DNA from: Nanobdellati archaeon
GTDB taxonomy: Archaea > Nanobdellota > Nanobdellia > Woesearchaeales > JAADFO01
DNA: 43,327 nucleotides
Assembly (NCBI GenBank): GCA_013152815.1
Contig: JAADFO010000011.1
Span: forward strand, 1 to 43,327
Direction of reading: 5' to 3'
Part shown: positions 1-8,246 of the stretch, one piece after another
Numbering within the stretch: position 1 is the stretch's first letter
Layout of the letters: each line of letters begins with the position of its first letter
The notes under the pieces: generated by a model
The model's database searches: none
Told to the model about the DNA's origin: nothing
The model's input: the letters and a program-made list of their open reading frames with translations, nothing else
Position numbers and translations under genes: made by a program

Positions 1-15
1 TATTACTAACTTAGT

Positions 16-369
16 ATGGGTAAGGAGTTTAAAGACAAGATAAAGTTTCATGGTGATTCAATCCTTGTTGAAACATATTTAAAAGGTGTTCTTAGTACCT
101 CATGGGTATTGGAATTTAAAGGTAAAGTAGCTGAAAATGAAGTAAATAATAATAATATTTCTTCAACAAAAATTGAACTCTGGGAGCATAGTTATGATAT
201 TAATGGTTCACAAGCTAAAATGTTGCATGATGAAGTTCTAAGGATGTTGACATTTAATCTTCCATTTGTTGAAATATATAACAAATTACGTGAGATTAGA
301 AATAAGATTTTTCCTTTGTTGAAAGATATTCATGAAATATTTGAAACAACGATTCATTTAAAACATTAA
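16..369 (+). CDS. Hypothetical protein in low-GC accessory region
   Basis: 117-aa ORF with AT-rich codon usage; no recognisable motif; lies at the window edge. Confidence 0.5.
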   Translation: MGKEFKDKIKFHGDSILVETYLKGVLSTSWVLEFKGKVAENEVNNNNISSTKIELWEHSYDINGSQAKMLHDEVLRMLTFNLPFVEIYNKLREIRNKIFPLLKDIHEIFETTIHLKH

Positions 370-652
370 TACTTCTAAAATGGATAATACTTAGATAATT
401 ATTTGGTCCTTTTCCTACCGCCCGCTTTGTACGGCGAATTTTCTCTTTTTGCTTTCTGGCTTGTTCTATATTCAGGCACCGTATCGTCGTATTCAAGCAT
501 CATTTTTTATGTTTACTTCAAAAGCAAGAAAATATCCATAGTCATATGTTTGAAAAGGTGCAAAGAGAAGGTAAATTTGTTACAAATGATTTTACAAAAT
601 TCTCAACAGATTACCTAATCATAAGACTTGATGATATCTCACCAGTGAAGAA

Positions 653-673
653 CCACCGGTCTCTGACCGGTGG
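653..673. repeat. IS right-end subterminal hairpin
   Basis: CCACCGGTC-TCT-GACCGGTGG, perfect 9-bp stem, 10 nt beyond the reconstructed tnpA stop. Confidence 0.85.
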
Positions 674-683
674 CATCCCTTGG

Positions 684-1142
684 CTAAGCAGCAAAGCTAC
701 TTAGCGTTACCTGCCCTTTCCCAGCACCCCACACACCATACTTCTGCTTCTTGATATACCTAACCGTATTTTCTAAGTTCCTAGGGGAAGCAATATAGTA
801 AGCAGGATTCTACAAACCACTACCCCAGAAATATTTTTGCTTGATATCAGGAAAATACTCAAAAAACTTCTTCCCCGTATAGCCTCGGAGAAGTTTCGCA
901 ACCTCTTCACGCTTATACATACCAATATCAGCCATGAAATGCACATGATCACTATCAAAACCAACCTCACCAACAGGAATCTCATAATCATACGCCGCTT
1001 CAAAAAGCAACAACCTCAAACCCTCACGAACAACCTCATCATCAAAAACATCATGGCAATACTTCACCTTGAACTGACAATGCATCCAAGCCTCACCAAC
1101 CGCAGAGCTACGCCTAACAGGGTTTTCTTTACGCATTTTCAC
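684..1142 (-). pseudogene. tnpA: IS200/IS605 Y1 (HUH) transposase TnpA with a premature TAG at 810-812
   Basis: HUH motif DHVH. The frame reads FWGSGL*NPAYYIASPRNLENTVRYIKKQ...FAA*; TAG sits where a W (TGG) is expected, and the catalytic YIxxQ lies after it. Confidence 0.88.
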
Positions 1143-1277
1143 AACACTCTCACAGAAAGCTTTTTATCTTCGCTTCACATAGCCACAGCTATGTAAAGCT
1201 GAGTATATGGTAGCGCTTCCCCAGGGAGCCTACCACATACACACGTATCCTACAAAAAGAAATAGTTTACGGTCTTA

Positions 1278-1298
1278 CCACTGGTCAAAGCCCAGTGG
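1278..1298. repeat. IS left-end subterminal hairpin
   Basis: CCACTGG-TCAAAGC-CCAGTGG, sequence-related to the 653-673 hairpin. Confidence 0.8.
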
Positions 1299-1336
1299 AA
1301 TTATGGAATTAAACTAGAACGGGCAGGAAGAAAAAA

Positions 1337-1582
1337 TTATTTATAGCTGTCTTTCCTATGATCAAAACAATTAAGGATAATCTTATTTTTTTCTAACCTA
1401 TAAATAATCCTAAATGGTGGAATCCTGACAGAACGATGATTTTTCAGATCATACTTTAATGGTTTTCCAGATTCAGGCAATTCTTCTAATTTTTTAATAT
1501 GCTTTATTAATTTTAATCTTGTTGATTTATCTTTGATCTTCTTGAAATCCTTCCTAAATTCCTCAGAAAAAATAATCTCCAT
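1337..1582 (-). CDS. Type II toxin, RelE/ParE superfamily
   Basis: 81 aa, basic; GKPLKYDLKNHRSVRIPPFRIIY and terminal HRKDSY are typical RelE features; 1 nt downstream of the antitoxin. Confidence 0.88.
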   Translation of the reverse strand: MEIIFSEEFRKDFKKIKDKSTRLKLIKHIKKLEELPESGKPLKYDLKNHRSVRIPPFRIIYRLEKNKIILNCFDHRKDSYK

Positions 1583-1583
1583 T

Positions 1584-1860
1584 TTAAGCCATCAATAAAT
1601 CATCAATTTCTTCATCTTTCATACGGGTATCTGCTTTAACGACTTTTCCAGTCTTGATCTGTTTTTCACTTCTTAAAAGTTTGTCAATTAATTTCATGTC
1701 TTTTCTTAAGGATTCTTTTTTTATCTGTTTCAATAAAATATTACCATCTTGATTAAAGACAATGAATTTAGTTGATGGCTCTATGCCTGCATCTCTTCTG
1801 ATTTCAGAAGGAATCACCACTTTGTCCATTTTGAGATATTTTTGTTATGGCAACTTCCAT
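1584..1860 (-). pseudogene. AbrB/MazE/SpoVT-type antitoxin with a +1 frameshift (internal ATG at 1829 gives an 81-aa product)
   Basis: GGTGA RBS precedes ATG 1860 (MEVAITKISQNGQ). One extra base at 1821-1823 separates it from VVIPSEIRRDAGI; joined, these give the canonical AbrB N-terminus. Confidence 0.78.
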
Positions 1861-2075
1861 TTGAATCACCTACAATACATTTTAATATTAAAACAGCTTT
1901 TATATATAAACCTTTCGTTTTTTTCTTCCCACAGTTGATAATCCTTTGATGCCCTCCATGCTTGATTGGGCGTGTTTCCCTGCAGCATGCTGTCGCTCTG
2001 TTTTACTCCGCGATTCTTTCTTGCAGAAAGACTAACAGCGACGCCATCCTCATCATCTTCATCTCTGATTTGTCC

Positions 2076-3590
2076 CTATCTGCGACAGACCTTCCTGAAG
2101 GTCTCGGCAGCCTCAGCAAGCGTGGGATGGACATGGACGGTCCGGGTGATGGTCTCGAGAAAGGGGCTGCTGCTGTTCATGACAGCAACATACTCATGGA
2201 TAAGCTCGTCTGCTCTTGGACCGACGATGGTGCATCCGAGGATGCGCTGTCGGGTCCTTCGGCCTGCGGAGCCTTTCCTGCCCATGCCGACGATGAGCTT
2301 GATGAACCCCTCTGTCTCTCCGATGATGGCCGCCCTTCCGGCCTTCGCGAACGATGCTTTGTATATCTCGAACAGAAGTTTCCCCTTCGTCGCCTGCTGC
2401 TCGGTCAGTCCGACACCAGCAATAGGAGGTGAGGTGAACACGGCCCAGGGCACCAGGGAGAGATCGAGATGGTCTCCGTGCCGAGAACGGCTGCCGACGA
2501 TGCGGCTCAGAAGCAGCCGCGCCTGCCGCTTTGCCGCATGGGCGAACATGGCCTTTCCTGTCACGTCGCCGACGGCATAGACCGACGGGTTGGTGGTCTG
2601 GAACTTCTTGTCGATGATGATGCCTCCTTCTGGTGAGGTCCTGATTCCTGCCTGTTCCAGACCCAGGCCATCGGTATTGGGCGTCCTTCCTGCAGCGACC
2701 AGCAGGGCATCGCTCGTGATGCTTTTCAGCCTTCCTTTGGCAGTGCCTTTGCCGGCAGGACGATAACGCAGGATGATGCGTCGTCCCTGCCGCTTCACCT
2801 CAGCGATGCTCACGCCTGTCAGGATGACGGTCCCTCGGGAACGCAGTCCTTCAAGGAGGACATCCCGCACATCCTCGTCAAGGGAAGACAGGACCTGAGG
2901 AAGCGCCTCCAGGATGGTCACCCTGGTGCCGAGGCTGCTGAAGAAGGTGGCAAGTTCCATCGAGATGTAGCCGCCTCCGATGAGGGTGAGGGTCCGGGGA
3001 AGGGTCTTAAGATGGAATACGGATTCATTGGTCAGGAAACCTGCATTCTCAAGGCCTTTGATCAGGGGTATCCTGTTACGGGAACCGGTGCAGATCACGA
3101 TGATGGCACCTTTCACGGTCTTCCTGCCCACGCGAAGCGTGTCCTTCGAGAGAAAAGATGCTCTTCCTTTCCAGACCGTAAGATCCGATGCATCGATGCT
3201 CCTGTCGATATGGGCCTGGCCTTTGCGGATGAATGACCTCACCTGTCTCATCATGCGGGGGATATCGAGGCTTGCAGCGGTCCTGATGCCGATGGACGGT
3301 GCTCGGGCTACTGACCGATAGGTCTCGGCAGCATGGAGCATCGCCTTCGTCGGGATGCAACCCGTATGGAGACAGGTTCCTCCTGGCCTGCCGGGCTCCA
3401 CGAGCAGCGTCTGCTTCCCTTTCCGGGCAAGAGAAAGACCGAGACGCAGCCCGGCAGTCCCGCCACCGACTACGATGACATCGAAGGATGCAGAGGACAT
3501 CTGATGATGCATCTTCTTTCCTTTTTCTCTCTGTCCGCTCTGTCCTTTCTGTCCCCGCTGCGTTCCCGGCTTCTTCTGCGTGATCTTCAT
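2076..3590 (-). CDS. Class-I pyridine nucleotide-disulfide oxidoreductase (dihydrolipoamide dehydrogenase/MerA-like), second copy
   Basis: GGGTAG FAD motif, GGTCLHTGCIPTK redox disulfide, GGGYIS NAD motif, HPTLAE; GGTGA RBS before ATG 3590; no C-terminal Cys-Cys. Confidence 0.9.
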   Translation of the reverse strand: MKITQKKPGTQRGQKGQSGQREKGKKMHHQMSSASFDVIVVGGGTAGLRLGLSLARKGKQTLLVEPGRPGGTCLHTGCIPTKAMLHAAETYRSVARAPSIGIRTAASLDIPRMMRQVRSFIRKGQAHIDRSIDASDLTVWKGRASFLSKDTLRVGRKTVKGAIIVICTGSRNRIPLIKGLENAGFLTNESVFHLKTLPRTLTLIGGGYISMELATFFSSLGTRVTILEALPQVLSSLDEDVRDVLLEGLRSRGTVILTGVSIAEVKRQGRRIILRYRPAGKGTAKGRLKSITSDALLVAAGRTPNTDGLGLEQAGIRTSPEGGIIIDKKFQTTNPSVYAVGDVTGKAMFAHAAKRQARLLLSRIVGSRSRHGDHLDLSLVPWAVFTSPPIAGVGLTEQQATKGKLLFEIYKASFAKAGRAAIIGETEGFIKLIVGMGRKGSAGRRTRQRILGCTIVGPRADELIHEYVAVMNSSSPFLETITRTVHVHPTLAEAAETFRKVCRR

Positions 3591-3620
3591 GGGTTCACCA
3601 TCGAGAGGTATCGGATGCAC

Positions 3621-3640
3621 AAGCTTTATAAAGTTTTTTC
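3621..3640. promoter_or_regulatory. Bidirectional archaeal TATA box
   Basis: Palindromic CTTTATAAAG at 3624-3633, about 35-40 nt from both ATG 3590 (-) and ATG 3674 (+). Confidence 0.65.
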
Positions 3641-3673
3641 ATGGAAAGGAAGATGTTCCCGGAGGTGTCTTGC

Positions 3674-3754
3674 ATGGCTAAAGAAGAAGCGACAAAAAAG
3701 AAGAAGAAGCCGGAAGAAGAGGACGACGAGGAAGAAGGCTGTCCGTTCTGCTGA
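3674..3754 (+). CDS. Unannotated 26-aa peptide MAKEEATKKKKKPEEEDDEEEGCPFC with C-terminal CxxC
   Basis: GGAGGTG SD at 3661-3667, ATG 3674, TGA 3752-3754, TATA upstream; too short for the supplied ORF track. Confidence 0.7.
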   Translation: MAKEEATKKKKKPEEEDDEEEGCPFC

Positions 3755-3856
3755 AAAGCGTCTGTGGTCCGGCGGATGAGAACCATAGAACCATCAAAAG
3801 CCATCTTGGAGTCGCACCATCATCCTGAGACCGCGACAGACAAGCATCCAGGCACC

Positions 3857-4603
3857 CTAACGCAGGGCATTCCATGATCGGGTCGCATACTTCTCTTTCA
3901 CAAGCTCCCCTGCCCTGGCCAGCTCTTCAGCCGTATAGTCGCCGATTTCAGTGTCTCGCCCGTCGCCGAAGGCAGCTTCCAATGCTCTGAGGACCTCTTC
4001 CTTGGAAGCAGCGGTATGCTGGCTGATGCTGGTCACCCTCTTCTTGACGCTTTGGATGAGCTTGTCGGAGATCTTCTCCTTGCTCACTTTCAGGAGGGCA
4101 AACATCCTCTTGACATCGACTGCATAGAGCAAGGTTCCATGCTGCAGCAGGATGCCATGCCTCCGGGTCTGGGCATTTCCCGATATCTTCTTCCCGTCCA
4201 CCAGCACGTCGTTGATGGGCGAGAACCTCGCTGCCATGCCCAGTCGTTCAAGCCCCCGGATGAGGATGCCGCAGACCTGTTCATAGCTCTTCAGGATGTC
4301 CCGGGGGAAATGTTCCTCAGGGCCGATGATGCTGTAGGTGATCTCCCCGGATGCATCATGGTAGACTGCACCGCCTCCGGTTCGCCGTCTTACCCACTCT
4401 ACCCCTGCCTTCCTGCAGGCCTCAAGATCGACCTCATTCTCCAGGCTCTGGAAGTAGCCGATGGATATTGCCGAAGGTTCCCAGCCATAGAAACGGATGG
4501 TGGGAAGGCTCCTGCCTGCCTTGACCGATTCTGCTATGGCCTCGTCCAGGGCCATGTTCATGGCTGCGGGGAATGAACGTTGCCTGATGAGCCGGTATCT
4601 CAT
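3857..4603 (-). CDS. lplA: Lipoate-protein ligase catalytic subunit (LplA-N / BPL_LplA_LipB family)
   Basis: NMALDEA, RRRTGGGAVYHD, KKISGNAQ, LQHGTLL motifs. Confidence 0.93.
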   Translation of the reverse strand: MRYRLIRQRSFPAAMNMALDEAIAESVKAGRSLPTIRFYGWEPSAISIGYFQSLENEVDLEACRKAGVEWVRRRTGGGAVYHDASGEITYSIIGPEEHFPRDILKSYEQVCGILIRGLERLGMAARFSPINDVLVDGKKISGNAQTRRHGILLQHGTLLYAVDVKRMFALLKVSKEKISDKLIQSVKKRVTSISQHTAASKEEVLRALEAAFGDGRDTEIGDYTAEELARAGELVKEKYATRSWNALR

Positions 4604-4893
4604 CGTGTTGCCTCCAGGAGCGCATCCAGGATGTCCTGAGGAGCGATTCCGATGAGGAGGGCATTGTTCTTGCGGAGGATGCCGTCAAGTTCACGGGCGA
4701 TGATACGGTCCCTGTTCTTCAACCCATCGAGAGGCGTACCGATGAGATGATGTTCCAGGGCCCTGAGGGTCTCTTCGGGATGGAGGAAGAAATCTCCGGT
4801 GATGGTCAGGTCCTCAAGATTGAGGCCGAACACGGCATCGACCCGGACCATCTTGCCCCCTGCGACTTTCCTGACTGCATAGCCTGTCCTCAT
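4600..4893 (-). CDS. lplB: Lipoate-protein ligase accessory subunit (stand-alone LplA C-terminal domain, LplB)
   Basis: KVAGGKMVRV and ITGDFFLHPEE motifs; ATGA overlap with lplA. Confidence 0.88.
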   Translation of the reverse strand: MRTGYAVRKVAGGKMVRVDAVFGLNLEDLTITGDFFLHPEETLRALEHHLIGTPLDGLKNRDRIIARELDGILRKNNALLIGIAPQDILDALLEATR

Positions 4894-5107
4894 CTCTTCA
4901 GGAGCGTATCATTTCTGTATTTAAAGTATGTGTTAGATGCATGTGTCCCTGTGTCGATGGAAAGAGCGTGATTGACAAGAAAGGGTTTTGAGCAAGAAGG
5001 CATCACGAAAAATGATTATTTGTCCCTCGACGCTGTTGTCACTCCACCATAGAGAGCAAATCTTTTAAAGGGCGGAAAGAAATACGAGTTTGGGGGAACC
5101 AGACAGT

Positions 5108-6088
5108 ATGGTGGAAACAAAGAGCAGAAAGCCCTCGTGGCTAAAGATACGACCGTCAACCGACAGAGATTTCTCCATCATCAAGAATGCGCTCCGTAGA
5201 CGAGGACTGGTGAGCGTCTGCGAAGAGGCCCGATGCCCGAACATGGCTGAATGCTGGAAAGAACAGGAGACAGCGACATTCATGGTCATGGGCGATACCT
5301 GCACACGGGGCTGCAAGTTCTGCGCCATCAGGACCGCGAGGATCGGCAGGCCGCTGGACCCGAAAGAACCGGAGAAGCTGGCAGATGCCATCGCTGAGAT
5401 GAACCTGCACTATGCTGTCATCACCTCGGTGGACAGGGATGACCTCCCTGACCAGGGAGCCGGCCATTTCGCTGCCTGCATCCGCGCCATCAGGAAGGCG
5501 AGGCCTGATACCCATATCGAGGCGCTCATCCCTGATTTCAGAGGCGAGAGGGAACGTCTCCGGGAGATCATAAAGGCGAGGCCTGATGTCATCGCCCATA
5601 ATGTAGAGACCGTCCCACGGCTCCAACAGGATGTCCGGGATCCACGAGCGTCCTATGCACAATCATTGAACGTCCTTCGGACCATCAAGGAGCTTGACCC
5701 CACCATCCGCTCGAAGACCTCATTGATGCTCGGGCTCGGTGAGACGGCAGAAGAAGTTGCCAGTGTCATGAAAGACCTGAGAGAAGCAGGATGCGACATC
5801 CTTACCCTGGGTCAGTACCTCAGACCAGGAAACCGTTTTCTGGAAGTGAAGGAATACGTGCATCCTGAGCAGTTCGAACGCTACCGGAAGCAAGGAGAGA
5901 CGCTGGGATTTCTTTATGTCGCTTCCGGACCATTGGTGCGTTCATCCTATCGTGCAGGAGAACTGTTCAGGGAACATCTCCTCGGGGAGAGCGGCCAAGA
6001 GACAGGACAGCCGCTGCTCGACCGGCCCTCCGAAGAAAGAACAGCTCCGACAACTGCAGGGGAGGTGATCCCATCACCCGAGACATAG
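5108..6088 (+). CDS. lipA: Lipoyl synthase (radical SAM)
   Basis: CEEARCPNMAEC, CTRGCKFC, TSVDRDDL, GQYL and RSSY motifs. Confidence 0.96.
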   Translation: MVETKSRKPSWLKIRPSTDRDFSIIKNALRRRGLVSVCEEARCPNMAECWKEQETATFMVMGDTCTRGCKFCAIRTARIGRPLDPKEPEKLADAIAEMNLHYAVITSVDRDDLPDQGAGHFAACIRAIRKARPDTHIEALIPDFRGERERLREIIKARPDVIAHNVETVPRLQQDVRDPRASYAQSLNVLRTIKELDPTIRSKTSLMLGLGETAEEVASVMKDLREAGCDILTLGQYLRPGNRFLEVKEYVHPEQFERYRKQGETLGFLYVASGPLVRSSYRAGELFREHLLGESGQETGQPLLDRPSEERTAPTTAGEVIPSPET

Positions 6089-7185
6089 TGCAGCGCTTTG
6101 AGGTCGAATACGTCCAGGTGCTCGACACAGAAGGCCACGTGGACACCGCACAGATGCCTGACCTCAACGACGACCAGATCAAGCAGATATACCATGTGAT
6201 GCGCCTCACCCGAGAGATGGACCGACGGCTCTTCAAGCTCCAACGGCAGGGCAAGATAGGGACCTTTGTCGAGGCGAGGGGAGAGGAGGCTTCAGAGGTC
6301 GCCTCGGCCTATGCGCTCCGGCCTGCGGACTGGATGGTCCCGTCGTTCCGCGAATCAGGGGCATACCTCATGCGGGGAGCAGACCGCGTCAAGTTCATCC
6401 AATCATGGAAAGGGGACACCAGGGGATTCATCGGGGACGAGCATTGCCGCGACCTTCCGGTCTCCATACCCATCGCGTCCCAGATACCCCATGCCGTCGG
6501 CCTCGCCTGGGCAGAGAAGATCAAGGGCAAGAAGAACGTCGCCCTGGTCTATTTCGGGGACGGCGCGACGTCTGAAGGGGATTTCCATGAAGCCCTCAAT
6601 TTCGCAGGCGTCCTCAAGCTTCCGGTCATCTTCTTCTGTCAGAACAATCAATGGGCGATCTCCACGCCGCGCAGCAAGCAGACCGCCTCAGCCACCATCG
6701 CCCAGAAGGCCATCGCCTACGGCATGCCAGGCATCCAGGTGGACGGCAACGACGCCCTGGCGGTCTACAAGGTCACCCGGGAAGCCATCGGACGTGCCAG
6801 GGACGGCGGCGGTCCGACACTCATCGAGTCCCTTACCTACCGTCTCGGAGACCATACTACCTCTGATGACGCATCCCGTTATCGCTCAGAGGAAGAGGTC
6901 CAGAGCTGGCAGGCAAAAGAGCCCATCGCCCGACTGGAACACTATTTCAGGGAAAAGGGGACGTGGACCGACGACTATGGAACATGGGTCGGCCACGAGG
7001 TCGCCAAGGAAGTGGACGAGGCCATCGAGAAGGCCATGGCCATACCTCCTCCTCCGCCGGAGAACCTCTTCAACAATGTCTATGCCAAGATACCTCCCGT
7101 GCTTGTAGAGGAGAAAGCAGAACTCGAGAAAGAATGGAAAGCCATCAAGGCCGAAAGAGAGGCCAAGAAAGAGGGAGCGCCATGA
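6073..7185 (+). CDS. pdhA: 2-oxoacid (pyruvate) dehydrogenase E1 alpha; start is either ATC 6073 or GTG 6088
   Basis: LQRQGKIGT, TPP-binding GDGATSEGDFHE...NNQWAIS, HTTSDD; SD GGAGGTGA at 6061-6068. Confidence 0.93.
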   Translation: MTRDIVQRFEVEYVQVLDTEGHVDTAQMPDLNDDQIKQIYHVMRLTREMDRRLFKLQRQGKIGTFVEARGEEASEVASAYALRPADWMVPSFRESGAYLMRGADRVKFIQSWKGDTRGFIGDEHCRDLPVSIPIASQIPHAVGLAWAEKIKGKKNVALVYFGDGATSEGDFHEALNFAGVLKLPVIFFCQNNQWAISTPRSKQTASATIAQKAIAYGMPGIQVDGNDALAVYKVTREAIGRARDGGGPTLIESLTYRLGDHTTSDDASRYRSEEEVQSWQAKEPIARLEHYFREKGTWTDDYGTWVGHEVAKEVDEAIEKAMAIPPPPPENLFNNVYAKIPPVLVEEKAELEKEWKAIKAEREAKKEGAP

Positions 7186-8156
7186 CCAAGATGCACATGG
7201 TAAAGGCACTGAACAACGCGCTCCAACAGGAGATGGAAGCAGACGCATCCATCATGGTCCTCGGCGAGGATGTGGGTGTGAACGGAGGGGTCTTCAGGGT
7301 CACGGAAGGGCTTCAGGAGGCCTTCGGCAAGGACCGGGTCGTCGATACCCCCCTGGCAGAATCTGCCATCGTCGGTGCGGCCATAGGTCTCGCCATCAAT
7401 GGCATGCGACCGGTCGCAGAGATGCAGTTCTCCGGATTCTCCTATCAGGCATTCGCACAGATCAAGCAGCATGCTGCAAGGATCAGGCAGCGCTCGGAAG
7501 GGACCTTCTCTGCACCCCTGGTCATCAGGGCCCCCAGCAGCGGAGGCATCAGGGCACTGGAACATCACTCGGAAAGCCCGGAGGCCTTCTTCACCCATTG
7601 CCAGGGCCTCAAAGTGGTCATGCCTTCAGGACCCTACGACGCCAAGGGCCTGCTCATCGCATCCATCAGGGATCCTGACCCTGTCATCTTCCTCGAGCCC
7701 AAGAAGATCTATCGTGCCTTCAAGGAAGAGGTCCCCGAGGAGCCCTACACCGTTCCGCTGGGCAAGGCAAAGGTCGTCTCGCAGGGAGAACAGCTGACCA
7801 TCATCAGCTGGGGGTCCATGCTCAAGCTCTGTCAGAAGGCGCTTCTTCAGCTCGACCAGGAATCGGGCATCGAACTCATCGACCTGCGGACCATCTGGCC
7901 CTTCGACATCGACACCATCATCACGTCGGTGAAGAAGACCGGCAGGGCCCTCATCGTCCATGAGGCGCCGCGGACAGCAGGCATGGGAGCAGAGATCGCG
8001 GCCAGGATACAGGAACAGTGCCTGCTGCATCTTGAGGCACCGGTCATCAGGGTGACCGGCTTTGACGTTCCCTTCCCCCAGTTCGCGTTGGAAGAGCACT
8101 ATCTGCCCAACGTGACCAGAATCCTCGACGGCATACAGAAGGTCCTGGAATTCTAG
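7182..8156 (+). CDS. pdhB: 2-oxoacid dehydrogenase E1 beta
   Basis: GEDVGVNGGVFRVT, DTPLAES, EHHSESPE motifs; ATGA overlap with pdhA. Confidence 0.95.
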   Translation: MTKMHMVKALNNALQQEMEADASIMVLGEDVGVNGGVFRVTEGLQEAFGKDRVVDTPLAESAIVGAAIGLAINGMRPVAEMQFSGFSYQAFAQIKQHAARIRQRSEGTFSAPLVIRAPSSGGIRALEHHSESPEAFFTHCQGLKVVMPSGPYDAKGLLIASIRDPDPVIFLEPKKIYRAFKEEVPEEPYTVPLGKAKVVSQGEQLTIISWGSMLKLCQKALLQLDQESGIELIDLRTIWPFDIDTIITSVKKTGRALIVHEAPRTAGMGAEIAARIQEQCLLHLEAPVIRVTGFDVPFPQFALEEHYLPNVTRILDGIQKVLEF

Positions 8157-8246
8157 CGCAGGAGGGAATGGTTGCCTGAGAAGAAGCATCCCGAAGAAGA
8201 CCCCTGAAGACAGCGAGAAAGAATATCAGCAGAAGAGGACAACAGC

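Larger units (their letters stand above)
653..1298 (-). mobile_element. IS200/IS605-family element, tnpA only (no tnpB), probably non-autonomous
   Basis: Y1 transposase bracketed by two related subterminal hairpins (653-673 and 1278-1298); exact cleavage ends not determined. Confidence 0.85.

Noticed and set aside
370..652. tnpB or omega-RNA downstream of tnpA
   Set aside because: The right-end hairpin follows tnpA within 10 nt and no RuvC-like ORF is present; the short ORFs here have no recognisable features
810..812. Amber recoding (alternative genetic code or pyrrolysine)
   Set aside because: TAG terminates several conserved genes here (pdhB, lpdA, nfo, rio1), so the tnpA TAG is a nonsense lesion
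1990..2045. Possible ncRNA hairpin (GTCGCT...AGCGAC enclosing TCTTTC/GAAAGA)
   Set aside because: Short stems, single copy, no family resemblance; may be just a 3' UTR structure of the flavoprotein gene
2076..3590. Mercuric reductase (merA) call
   Set aside because: No C-terminal Cys-Cys, no NmerA domain and no mer genes nearby; the HPTxxE dyad is E3-like
3752..3754. Selenocysteine read-through of the TGA after CPFC
   Set aside because: The CxxC is already complete, no SECIS-like element was recognised, and no Sec machinery is in view
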